Part shown: one piece after another, positions 48,655 to 61,021 of the stretch
Numbering within the stretch: position 1 is the stretch's first letter
How the letters are laid out: each line of letters begins with the position of its first letter
DNA from: Fimbriosthenelais zetlandica
Lineage: Eukaryota
Length of the DNA: 64,000 nt
Direction: 5' to 3'
Assembly (NCBI GenBank): GCA_977030845.1
Contig: OZ365111.1
Coordinates: forward strand, 15,252,001 to 15,316,000
Translations under genes and position numbers: made by a program
The notes under the pieces: generated by a model
The model's database searches: none
What the model was told of the DNA's origin: nothing
The model's input: only the letters and a program-made list of their open reading frames with translations

Positions 48655-51600
48655 TCAATATGCTGGATAGGGTGAGCTTCTGCGTGCTGGGTTCTGTCCT
48701 GGAACTTGGCTGGAGCTCTGTGACTCGCCATGCATGCCGTTTCTCTCAGGCACGGCTGGAGGTACAGCATTTTGAGGACCAGGGTAGCTTCTCAGCTTCC
48801 TTATCTCGTTCTTTTGACTGCAATGACATGAATGACTTATAAATATTGAGTGGCAATTCCACTGTGCTTTGTAGGCCAAGAAGCTTTACAATTTGAATTA
48901 CAGAGCTCCCTCCACATTTAACTGGCCACCTCCGTATAGAGACCACTTTTGGTTAGTTCCAAAGGTGGACATTCATTACGCTTACATTATAAGCTTCAAT
49001 ATGCTTACAATATACATGCAAGGAAGCATAATTCAAGTTAAAAAGTTGCTGAAATTTTAAGTTCAATTTCATTGTATGAAAATTTGTTAGTGATTGAAGT
49101 TACTCACTTGGAGATATCACTTTGACTTGAGATAAACTTGTTTTTCCACATGTTGCGCTCACTGTTCTGCTTGTACAGCTCGGCTGTCAGATTTTGACAT
49201 CTGATCTGCAAGGTTTTTAGTTCATCTGGAATTATCTGCTCCTGCACTTCAGCCCCCTTCTTCAACTGGCCGTTTTTCAGTCTGTTAAAGAAAACATCAT
49301 AATATTATATTTACTCAATTGTTTATGAGACATTAATTCCAATTAAAAAGCTGCTGAAATTTTAACATCAATTTCAGTATGCATAATGTTAAATAATTTT
49401 GAAACGTCATTTTATGATAAGGCTCCAGTGATTAAAGTTACTCACCTTGAGATCTCACATTCCAGCTTGTGCACCAGGTTCTTGTATTCCTCCTTACGTT
49501 CCCAAACAACTTTTGACTGATCTACTTCATGATCAAGGTCAGCCTCAATACTCATCAACTTTTTTTTCCACCTGTTTCGTTCATTGTTCACCTTGTTCAG
49601 CTCGGCTGTCAGATTTTGACATCTGATCTGCAAGGTTCTTACTTCATCTGGAGTTTTCTGCTGCTGCGTCTTGGTCAGTTCTCTTGATAGGTCTTCAATT
49701 TTGTCCATCAATGTCTTCCGTTCATCTTGCCATTTTGGATGTACTTCAGTCTCCTTCCCCATCTGGCTGTTTTCATTCTCATACTTGGACAACTGTGCGC
49801 TCAGTTCATCACATTTGGCCTGCAAGATTTTGCATTCGCTTTCCACTTTAGCCTGAACTTCAGCTTCCTTCTTCAACTGGCTATTTTTCAGTCTGTTAAA
49901 GAAAACATTATATGATTTACTCAATTGTTTATGAGACATAAATTCCAATTAAAAAGCTGCTGAAATTTTAACATGATCAATTTTAGTGTGCATAATGTTA
50001 ATTTTGAAACGTCATTTCATGATAAGGCTCCAGTGATCTACTCACCTTGAGATCTCACATTCCAGGTTGTGCACCAGGTTCTTGTATTTCTCCTTACGTT
50101 CCCAGACTACTTTTGCCTGATCTTCTTCGTGAGCAAACCTTCTTTTCCAGAAGTAGCGTTCATTGTTCAGCTTGTTCAGCTCGGCTGTCATATTTTGACA
50201 TCTGATCTGCAAGGTTGTTTGTTCTTCTGGAGTTGTCTGGTCCTGCGATTTGGTCAGTTCTCTTGATTGGTCTTCACTTTTGTCCATCAAGGTCTTTCGT
50301 TCATCTTGCCATTTAGCCTGAGCTTCAACCTCCTTCATCAACTGGCTGTTTTCATTCGCATACTTGACGAGATCAGCAGTCATTTTGTCACATTTGGTCT
50401 GCAAGTTTTTGCATTCGTCTTCCACTTTGGCCTGGTTTTCAGCCTCCTTGATCAACTGGCTGTTTTCATTCGCATACTTGGCGAGATCAGCAGTCACTTC
50501 GTCACATTTGGTCTGCAAGATTTTGCATTCGTCTTCCACTTTGGCCTGGTTTTCAGCCTCCTTGATCAACTGGCTGTTTTCATTCTCATACTTGGCGAGA
50601 TCAGCAGTCACTTCGTCACATTTGGTCTGCAACATTTTGCATTCGTCTTCCACTTTGGCCTGTACTTCAACCTCCTTCATCGACTGGCTGTTTTCATTCG
50701 CATACTTGGCGAGATCAGCAGTCATTTCGTCACATTTGGTCTGCAACATTTTGCATTCGTCTTCCACTTTGGCCTGGTTTTCAGCCTCCTTGATCAACTG
50801 GCTGTTTTCATTCGCATACTTGGCGAGATCAGCAGTCACTTCGTCACATTTGGTCTGCAACATTTTGCATTCGTCTTCCACTTTGGCCTGTACTTCAACC
50901 TCCTTCATCAACTGGCTGTTTTCATTCGCATACTTGGCGAGATCAGCAGTCATTTCGTCACATTTGGTCTGCAAGATTTTGCATTCGTCTTCCACTTTGG
51001 CCTGTACTTCAACCTCCTTCATCAACTGGCTGTTTTCATTCGCATACTTGGCGAGATCAGCAGTCATTTCGTCACATTTGGTCTGCAAGATTTTGCATTC
51101 GTCTTCCACTTTGGCCTGTACTTCAACCTCCTTCATCAACTGGCTGTTTTCATTCGCATACTTGGCGAGATCAGCAGTCATTTCGTCACATTTGGTCTGC
51201 AAGTTTTTGCATTCGTCTTCCACTTTGGCCTGTACTTCAACCTCCTTCATCAACTGGCTGTTTTCATTCGCATACTTGGCGAGATCAGCAGTCATTTCGT
51301 CACATTTGGTCTGCAAGATTTTGCATTCGTCTTCCACTTTGGCCTGTACTTCAACCTCCTTCATCAACTGGCTGTTTTCATTCGCATACTTGGCGAGATC
51401 AGCAGTCATTTCGTCACATTTGGTCTGCAAGTTTTTGCATTCGTCTTCCACTTTGGCCTGTACTTCAACCTCCTTCATCAACTGGCTGTTCTCATTCGCA
51501 TACTTGGCGAGATCAGCAGTCATTTCGTCACATTTGGTCTGCAAGATTTTGCATTCGTCTTCCACTTTAGCCTGAGCTTCCACCTTCTTTTTCAATCCAC

Positions 51601-54334
51601 TTTGGTCTTTCTCCAACTTGGCCAGCTCTGATGATAGTTCTTCAGATTTGCCCAGCAAGGTCCTCTTCTCCTCTTCAGAATTAGCCAGCTGTCCGTTCTT
51701 CTCTTCCATGCTTTTCTGGAGTTCACAGCATTCTATTTCCAAACGGAGGTTTTGGTTTTGGACTTGTGAGTAAAGATCATTGTAATGACGGTCTTGCTCT
51801 GCAGTGAAGAATTTCAAGCACCAATGAATTTAATTACCTAAATATGTCATGTATTTCCATTTCAGCATTTCTAGTATCAATTCAGTTTTGTGCAGATACT
51901 CACCAGTGTATCTTTCCTCTATCATCTCCAGTTTGTCTTGAAGGCGCTGTGTGGAGGTGTCGTATAGGTTTTTCTGGTCAATAAACATCTGTTCTTCCAT
52001 GAAGGTGATGGCAGCGTTATGGTCAGCTTGCATCTGGTGCAGGTGCTCAGCCTCGGTGCAGAAGTCATCTGTGGGAAGAGAAAAAAAATTGTCATTGTCA
52101 TATTTTTGTTATGGGAAGAGAGAAGACGGCCTGGGTAACCCATTGTTTGCAAACTACAGGAATGGAATGTCCTTGAAAATCGACGAATATTTGTGAAAAA
52201 TATCAAAGTGGGATTTCTAGACTAAAAATGTACCTAGAAGGATTGTCTTCTCCAGGGTTTCATTGTGCACCTCCCCAAGAACATCGCTGTACTTCTCAAT
52301 CCTGTGTCAATTCAAACAGACAAAATGTGACAACTGAAAACTATTGCTCATTGTCATCATTTGATTATTTTCTTTGGAAAAATTGGGAACATAATGTGTT
52401 ACAAATGTAATGATCTCAGTGTCAAAGAAGATAGTGTGAATAAGATCTTAATGTTCCATCAATCACCTATATGGGTGGGCAAGAGAAAATGAGCAGTGGT
52501 AAACAAAACAGAATGTTGGACTTACACGGACATGATATGGGGCATGATTATTTCGTAGAGCTGATGGGGCGAGTTGGGTGGTTGGAGGGGGAAAGGAGGA
52601 AAACAAACTCAATAATATTTTGGGGGGCAAAATGTTGAAAAACGAAATTAAGATGACCGACTGATAAAGTAAAATATGGATTTAAGGTAAAATGAAAATC
52701 ACTGGTCATAATGCTGTAGATTACAGGGTCAATTAAATAAAATAGATTATTAATAGTTAGATAAAGAAAGATATAAAACTATGGGCAGAGATATTTCATT
52801 ATGTTAAAGAGTTAAATTTGACTACGAGATTTTCCGACATTGCAATCTTATCTATAAATTATATATTTCCGTACCAAATACATCAGATCTTTTTCTTTAA
52901 CATATAGAATTGTCATAGGAAGCATTAGAAGTTTTTTTAGAACAAAAGATAAAACTAACCTCAGACTGGAGAGATACCAACTCCGTGTTTGCAATCATCT
53001 CATTCATCATCTGCAAAATATGAATGAAAGAGTTCTTGACTTTTTTATAGGATGGATTTCCTTGACTTGAGAAAATACATGAGATCAAAGCGAAGTGTTC
53101 CCCGGATGGAGATCTCAACTGGGCATGATCCCGTACTTTTTGGCCAGGTAAGCGAGTCGTATTTTAATTTAACAATTTATGATGTGGTCACCACTCCAGC
53201 ATAATGCAGGAGGTCACCAAGCGGCTCATATTATCCCAATTCCACAAACTGAGAGGAAATATATTTGACCGAGTTATTTATTTTAAGGCATGTAAAATTT
53301 TCTGCAATAAATGTGCACCTTAATTCATAAAAAGAGATTAAGTCTACAGATCTGTACAGTTCTGAACACATCCATGATCATTTAAGATTTTTGCCCATTC
53401 ATTTTGTAAAAGAAAAAACAAAAATATTGGATATAAACCAGCAGACAATTAAGGAGTCTAGCGAAGAGAAAAATTCAAAATCATTAGGTTTTTAGGGAGG
53501 TAGTTTCTGATAATACATGTATAGACATCTAATAGATTATTGGGTACAAATGCACGTTAGGGGCCTGCTGCCCTAATCCAAGATGGTGGCCTGAAGTCTC
53601 GCGAGACAAGGCCCTTAGCAACCGAACAATTTTAAGGGAATAAGAGCAAAATTTGTCATTTTAGGTACCCGGTACTTGTATTTAACCTCACCCTAACCTA
53701 ATCCCTAAAGACATAAACCTGACCTTAGTAACACAGGGGCCCTGATAAAATGAATTCTTAATAAATGACTTTGATAACATTTTTCTAAAGACTCACCAAG
53801 TTGTCCACAGCCAATTCCATGGGTGGCAGTGGGGTCTTCTGCTCTTTCTCTTCTTCTTTCACCTGCTTCTCAATCCCTCTCTTCTCTTTCTCTTTCATCT
53901 TCTCTTTCTTCTCCTTTTTCTCCTTCTTCTTTGCTTTCCTCTTCTCATTTCTACTGTTTATTTTTCTAAACAGTCCGCAGCCTGTCACCTGAGAGAGGAA
54001 ATAAATAAATTAGTTATTGATTTTAAAGGCTGTAAAACTTGCTGCAATAGGCCTATGACATGTGAACACCTTAATAATTAATTCATAAAAAGAGAAAGAC
54101 AGCTTGATAAAATGATTTCTAGATGAAGGAGACAACATCTTGATAGAACTAGCTGCATTTGTTCTAAAATTTACCTGATATATAGTTTCCATGAATGAGT
54201 TTAGATGACAAGATTAGTCTAGCATTAGTCTTAGAAATCTAGGTTCTAGTACTGTAATAAAAGATAATAACAGCTAAGATTTAGTAAAACCCCAGATTAA
54301 TGGAATCCAAACCTACCTCAGAGTCAGACTTCAT
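48655..54334 (-). CDS. Coiled-coil tandem-repeat protein, copy 1 (10 exons, 1021 aa)
   Basis: Phase-consistent exons: 54334-54317 (MKSDSE), 53988-53797, 53010-52960, 52560-52526, 52301-52234, 52068-51904, 51798-50046, 49892-49446, 49281-49108, 48817-48655. Total 3066 nt, open frame. Confidence 0.75.
50321..51574 (-). repeat. 11 x 114-bp coding tandem repeat (copy 1)
   Basis: 38-aa unit QAKVEDECKILQTKCDEMTADLAKYANENSQLMKEVEV. Confidence 0.97.
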
Positions 54335-54963
54335 CGTGGTCGTTGATTAAATGATTTGAATATTCTGAAATTTGTATTCAGAAAGCTGGTGTTAAATAGC
54401 AGTTGTATATAGATATACGGTGGGTTAAAATCTGTAATAACTATAGCTAGACATCATATGCTTCAAGTTCATGAGCATAAAAAAATGTTACTATATTTTT
54501 TATAGTCTAGGTGAGTAGGTCTGCAAATGTGAGCATGATCATCATGATGTTGTCTACTGTTTTTGTAACGAAAAATCAAAATATTGGACAAATATAAACC
54601 ATCTAGATCTAGATCTATACTATAGCAGCAGCTAGACAATTTAGAGATCTAGCGAGGGGCAAATTATTTCTTTAAAATCATATAACAGTTTCAAGTTAAG
54701 TGTTAACCTCGATAATCCTGCAGTGTTTGATGCTCTTCACTTCAGTCTTCACCGATTCTCAACTTACAAAATTAAAACGCTCTTTACAAGAATATCGTAA
54801 CAACTTTCAAAGAAAAATTGTCATTGGCTTTGAAGAACATGTATTCAACCTCAAAAATCCAGATTGTCAAATGTTTATATGAGCTAGGCAATGATTTAGA
54901 GACAAAAGTTTAGGGAGGTGTTGAGACAACATACCTTTTTTTCTGCTTGTAAAACGTGGTCTG

Positions 54964-55005
54964 GTTGCTAAGTTGCTGAAAGGGTGGACCTTAGCAACGG
55001 AAGTG
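54964..55005. promoter_or_regulatory. RFX-like half sites plus ETS site upstream of copy 1 (repeated at ~61673-61714 for copy 2)
   Basis: gttgctaag ... cttagcaac followed by cggaagtg, ~630 bp upstream of the ATG. Confidence 0.5.
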
Positions 55006-55681
55006 CTTAACAAAGAGTGCTCCGCAGTAACTCAAAGCGGCTCCCGTCAAGCGGAATTTTATTAACTGAACGACTATAAATTCATTCACAATTAATTACG
55101 ATTATTATTAACAAAATTGTACATGTACGATAACCATGCAGCATTGCTACCACAGTACCAGGTTTATTTACTTCTTCCCATGGCTCTGATCGACCTGTCA
55201 CCTTGAGTGAATATAAAGAACTAAAATCGGGCGGAGGAGCGGGGTGGTGGGGGTGTAGGGTTTAGAAGGGGGCAAGGCTGTACCCTTCCATAAATGTCTA
55301 CGTCTATGACCCCTCCCATTTCTTAGGGCTGAACCCCAGACCCCTCGCTTTAATAAAAATGAATCTTCATTCTTCATGGTATAATAACTAGTTTCAGGAC
55401 TCCATAGTTCTCACGTCTCAACTCAAGCACAAATTTTAGAGGACACATCCCAAACTCAAAATTTATGTTAATGATTTTATTTGACATTTTTATACATTTT
55501 ATTGTTGCGACAAATTTGCGGAACATTTCTGAACCTCTCAATCAGTAGTTGACCATTGGAGACTCGACCACTGAGCTGAACATTGACTGGTGCTACATAT
55601 AGATGCCTGACTTTGCTGAACGACCTTTAAAATATGTTTGAGCTTGGATGTTTGGCTGTACGTTGTGGTACTGGCAATGAC

Positions 55682-58600
55682 TCAATATGCTGGATAGGGT
55701 GAGCTTCTCCTGCGTGCTGGGTTCTGTCCTGGAACGTGGCTGAAGCTCTGTGTCTCGCCTTGCATGCCGTTTCTCTCAGGCACGGCTGGAGGTACAGCAT
55801 TATGAGGACCAGGGTAGCTTCTCAGCTTCCTTATCTCGTTCTTTTGACTGCAATGACATGAATGACTTATAAATATTGAGTGGCTGTCCTTTCTAGGCCG
55901 AGAAGCTTTACAATTTTGAATTACAGTGCTCCCTCCACATCCCCCCCCCCTCCCCCCCCCCCCCCCCCCCCCACCCTTTTGGTTAGTCCCAAAGGTGGTC
56001 GGTTTAAGTGGGGAGCACTGTACGTTCAATACGCTTACATTATAAGTTTCAATATGCATACAACATACAAGGACACATAAATTCCAGTTAAAAATTGCTG
56101 AAATTTTAACTTCAATTTCATTGTTCATAATTTTAATTTTGAAACGCCATTGTATGAAAAGGTGTTAGTGATTAAAGTTACTTACTTGGAGATATCACTT
56201 TGACTTGAGATAAACTTGTTTTTCCACATTCCACGTTCACTGTTCTGCTTGTACAGCTCGGCTGTCAGATTTTGATATCTGATCTGCAAGGTTCTTACTT
56301 CATCTGGAATTGTATGCTCCTGCGCCTTGGTCAGTTCTCTTGATAGGTCTTCAATTTTCTCCATCAAGTTCTTCCGTTCATCTTGCCATTTAGCCTGTGC
56401 TTCAACTTCTTTGTTCATCTGGCTGTTTCCATTCTCATACATGGACAACTCTGCACTCAGTTCGTCACATTTGGCCTGCAAGACTTTGCATTCGTCTTCC
56501 ACTTTAGCCTGAACTTCAACCTCCTTCTTCAACTGGCTTTTTTTCAGTCTGTTGAAGAAAACATCATATTATTTACTCAATTGTTTATGAGACATTATAT
56601 TCCAATTAAAAAGCTGCTAAAATTATAACATGATCAATTTCAGTGTGCATAATGTTAATTTATTTCATGATAAGGCTCCAGTGATCTACTCACCTTGAGA
56701 TCTCACATTCCAGCTTGTGCACCAGGTTCTTGTATTTCTCCTTACGTTCCCAGACTACTTTTGACTGATCTTCTTCGTGAGCAAGTTGATCCTCAACACG
56801 CATAAACTTTTTTTTCCAGAAGTTGCGTTCATTGTTCAGCTTGTTCAGCTCGGCTGTCATATTTTGACATCTGATCTGCAAGGCTGTTTGTTCATCTGGA
56901 GTTGTATGCTCCTGCGATTTGGTCAGTTCTCTTGATTGGTCTTCATCTTTTTCCATCAAGGTCTTTTGTTCATCTTGCCATTTAGCCTGTGCTTCAACCT
57001 CCTTCATCAACTGGCTGTTTTCATTCGCATAGTTGGCGAGATCAGCAGTCATTTCGTCACATTTGGTCTGCAAGTTTTTGCATTCGTCTTCCACTTTGGC
57101 CTGTACTTCAACCTCCTTCATCAACTGGCTGTTTTCATTCGCATACTTGGCGAGATCAGCAGTCATTTCGTCACATTTGGTCTGCAAGATTTTGCATTCG
57201 TCTTCCACTTTGGCCTGTACTTCAACCTCCTTCATCAACTGGCTGTTTTCATTCGCATACTTGGCGAGATCAGCAGTCATTTCGTCACATTTGGTCTGCA
57301 AGATTTTGCATTCGTCTTCCACTTTGGCCTGTACTTCAACCTCCTTCATCAACTGGCTGTTTTCATTCGCATACTTGGCGAGATCAGCAGTCATTTCGTC
57401 ACATTTGGTCTGCAAGATTTTGCATTCGTCTTCCACTTTGGCCTGTACTTCAACCTCCTTCATCAACTGGCTGTTTTCATTCGCATACTTGGCGAGATCA
57501 GCAGTCATTTCGTCACATTTGGTCTGCAAGATTTTGCATTCGTCTTCCACTTTGGCCTGTACTTCAACCTCCTTCATCAACTGGCTGTTTTCATTCGCAT
57601 ACTTGGCGAGATCAGCAGTCATTTCGTCACATTTGGTCTGCAAGATTTTGCATTCGTCTTCCACTTTGGCCTGTACTTCAACCTCCTTCATCAACTGGCT
57701 GTTTTCATTCGCATACTTGGCGAGATCAGCAGTCATTTCGTCACATTTGGTCTGCAAGATTTTGCATTCGTCTTCCACTTTGGCCTGTTCTTCAACCTCC
57801 TTCATCAACTGGCTGTTCTCATTCGCATACTTGGCGAGATCAGCAGTCATTTCGTCACATTTGGTCTGCAAGATTTTGCATTCGTCTTCCACTTTGGCCT
57901 GTACTTCAACCTCCTTCATCAACTGGCTGTTTTCATTCGCATACTTGGCGAGATCAGCAGTCATTTCGTCACATTTGGTCTGCAAGATTTTGCATTCGTC
58001 TTCCACTTTGGCCTGTACTTCAACCTCCTTCATCAACTGGCTGTTTTCATTCGCATACTTGGCGAGATCAGCAGTCATTTCGTCACATTTGGTCTGCAAG
58101 ATTTTGCATTCGTCTTCCACTTTGGCCTGTTCTTCAACCTCCTTCATCAACTGGCTGTTTTCATTCGCATACTTGGCGAGATCAGCAGTCATTTCGTCAC
58201 ATTTGGTCTGCAAGATTTTGCATTCATCTTCCACTTTAGCCTGAGCTTCCACCTTCTTTTTCAATCCACTTTGGTCTTTCTCCAACTTGGCCAGCTCTGA
58301 TGATAGTTCTTCAGATTTGCCCAGCAAGGTCCTCTTCTCCTCTTCAGAATTAACCAGCTGTCTGTTCTTCTCTTCCATACTTTTCTGGAGTTCACAGCAT
58401 TCTATTTCCAAACGGAGGTTTTGGTTTTGGACTTGTGAGTAAAGATCATTGTAATGACGGTCTTGCTCTGCAGTGAAGAATTTCAAGCACCAATGAATTT
58501 AATTATCTAAATATGTCATGTATTTCCATTTCAGCATTTCTAGTATCAATTCAGTTTTGTGCAGATACTCACCAGTGTATCTTTCCTCCATCATCTCCAG

Positions 58601-61021
58601 TTTGTCTTGAAGGCGCTGTGTGGAGGTGTCGTATAGGTTTTTCTGGTCAATAAACATCTGTTCTTCCATGAAAGTGATGGCAGCGTTATGGTCAGCTTGC
58701 ATCTGGTGCAGGTGCTCAGCCTCGGTGCAGAAGTCATCTGTGGGAAGAGAAAAAAAAAATTTCATTGTCATATTTTTGTTATGGGAGGAGAGAAGACGGC
58801 CTGGGTAACCCATTGTTTGCAAACTACAGGAATGGAATGTCCTTGAAAATCGGCGAAAATTTTTGAAAAATATCAAAGTGGGATTTCTAGACTAAAAATG
58901 TACCTAGAAGGATTGTCTTCTCCAGGGTTTCATGTGTGTGCACCTCCCCAAGAACATCGCTGTACTTCTCAATCCTGTGTCAATTCAAACAGACAAAATG
59001 TGATAACTGAAAACTATTGCTCATTGTCATCATTTGATTATTTTCTTTGGAAAAATTGGGAACATAATGTGTTACAAATGTAATGATCTCAGTGTCAAAG
59101 AAGATAGTGTGAATAAGATCTTAATGTTCCATCAATCACCTATGGGTGGGCAAGAGAAAATGAGTAGTGGTAAACAAAACAGAATGTTGGACTTACACAG
59201 ACATGATATGGGGCATGATTATTTCGTAGAGCTGATGGGGCGAGTTGGGTGGTTGGAGGGGGAAAAGGAGGAAAACAAACTCAATAATATTTTGGGGGAC
59301 AAAATGTTGAAAAACGAAATTAAGATGACCGACTGATAAAGTAAAATATGGATTTAAGGTAAAATGAAAATCACTGGTCATAATGCTGTAGATTACAGGG
59401 TCAATTAAATAAAATAGATTATTAATAGTTAGATAAAGAAAGATATAATACTATGGGCAGAGATATTTCATTATGTTAAAGAGGTAAATTTGACTACGAG
59501 ATTTTCCGACATTGCAATCTTATCTATAAATTGTATATTTCCGTACCAAATATTTCAGATCTTTTTCTTTAACATTTTTCTTTAATTGTCATAGGAAGCA
59601 TTAGAAGTTTTTTTAGAACAAAAGATAAAACTAACCTCAGACTGGAGAGATACCAACTCCGTGTTTGCAATCATCTCATTCATCATCTGCAAAATATGAA
59701 TGAAAGAGTTCTTGACTTTTTTATAGGATGGATTTCCTTGACTTGAGAAAATACATGAGATCAAAGCGAAGTGTTCCCCGGATGGAGATCTCAACTGGGC
59801 ATGATCCCGTACTTTTTGGCCAGGTAAGCGAGTCGTATTTTAATTTAACAATTCATGATGTGGTCACCACTCCAGCATAATGCAGGAGGTCACCAAGCGG
59901 CTCATATTATCCCAATTCCACAAACTGAGAGGAAATATATTTGACCGAGTTATTTATTTTAAGGCATGTAAAATTTTCTGCAATAAATGTGCACCTTAAT
60001 TCATAAAAAGAGATTAAGTCTACAGATCTGCGCAGTTGTGAACACATCCATGATCATCATTTTTGCCCATTCATTTTGTAAAAGAAAAAACAAAAATATT
60101 GGATATAAACCAGCTAGATCAGCAGACAATTAAGGAGTGTAGCGAAGAAAACAATTCAAAATCATTAGGTTTTTAGGGAGGTAGTTTCTGATAATACATA
60201 AACATCTAATAGATTATTGGGTACAAATGCACGTTAGGGGCCTGCTGCCCTAATCCAAGATGGTGGCCTGAAGTCTCGCGAGACAAGGCCCTTAGCAACG
60301 GAACATTTTTAAGGGAATAAGATCTAAATTTGTCATTTTAGGTACCCGGTACTTGTATTTAACCTCACCCTAGCCTAATCCCTCAAATATAGACCTAAAT
60401 TTAACCTAACCTAATCCCTAAAGACATAAACCTGACCTTAGTAACACAGGGGCCCTGATAAAATGAATTCTTAATAAATGACTTTGATAACATTTTTCTA
60501 AAGACTCACCAAGTTGTCCACAGCCAATTCCATGGGTGGCAGTGGGGTCTTCTGCTCTTTCTCTTCTTCTTTCACCTGCTTCTCAATCCCTCTCTTCTCT
60601 TTCTCTTTCATCTTCTCTTTCTTCTCCTTTTTCTCCTTCTTCTTTGCTTTCCTCTTCTCATTTCTACTGTTTATTTTTCTAAACAGTCCGCAGCCTGTCA
60701 CCTGAGAGAGGAAATAAATAAATTAGTTATTGATTTTAAAGTTTGTAAAACTTGCTGCAATAGGCCTATGACATAATTCATAAAAAGAGAAAGACAGCTT
60801 GATAAAATGATTTCTAGATGAAGGAGACAACATCTTGATAGAACTATAGCTGCATTAGATAATTTACCTGATATATATAGTTTAGATGACAAGATTAGTC
60901 TAGCATTAGTCTTAGAAATCTAGATTCTAGTACTGTAATAAAAGATAATAACACTAACAGCTAATATTTAGTAAAACCACAGATTAATGGAATCCAAACC
61001 TACCTCAGAGTCAGACTTCAT
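55682..61021 (-). CDS. Coiled-coil tandem-repeat protein, copy 2 (9 exons, 944 aa)
   Basis: Exons: 61021-61004, 60701-60510, 59686-59636, 59231-59197, 58974-58904, 58737-58573, 58467-56694, 56548-56186, 55847-55682. Total 2835 nt, open frame. Coding indels relative to copy 1 preserve frame (+3, +21, +3). Confidence 0.75.
56990..58243 (-). repeat. 11 x 114-bp coding tandem repeat (copy 2)
   Basis: Same 38-aa unit, with near-identical copies. Confidence 0.97.

Noticed and set aside
52090-52180. Extra exon candidate (GHSIPVVCKQW) in the array gene
   Set aside because: The donor is weak and its phase is incompatible; the flanking exons already join in phase 1.
53130-53160. U1 snRNA-like cttacctgg on the minus strand
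   Set aside because: It is only the complement of a splice-donor-like sequence; the rest of U1 is absent.
50267-58300. Plus-strand 403-454 aa ORFs over the 114-bp arrays
   Set aside because: These are antisense shadows of the coiled-coil repeat, confined to the repeat. The minus frame is the one linked to flanking exons.
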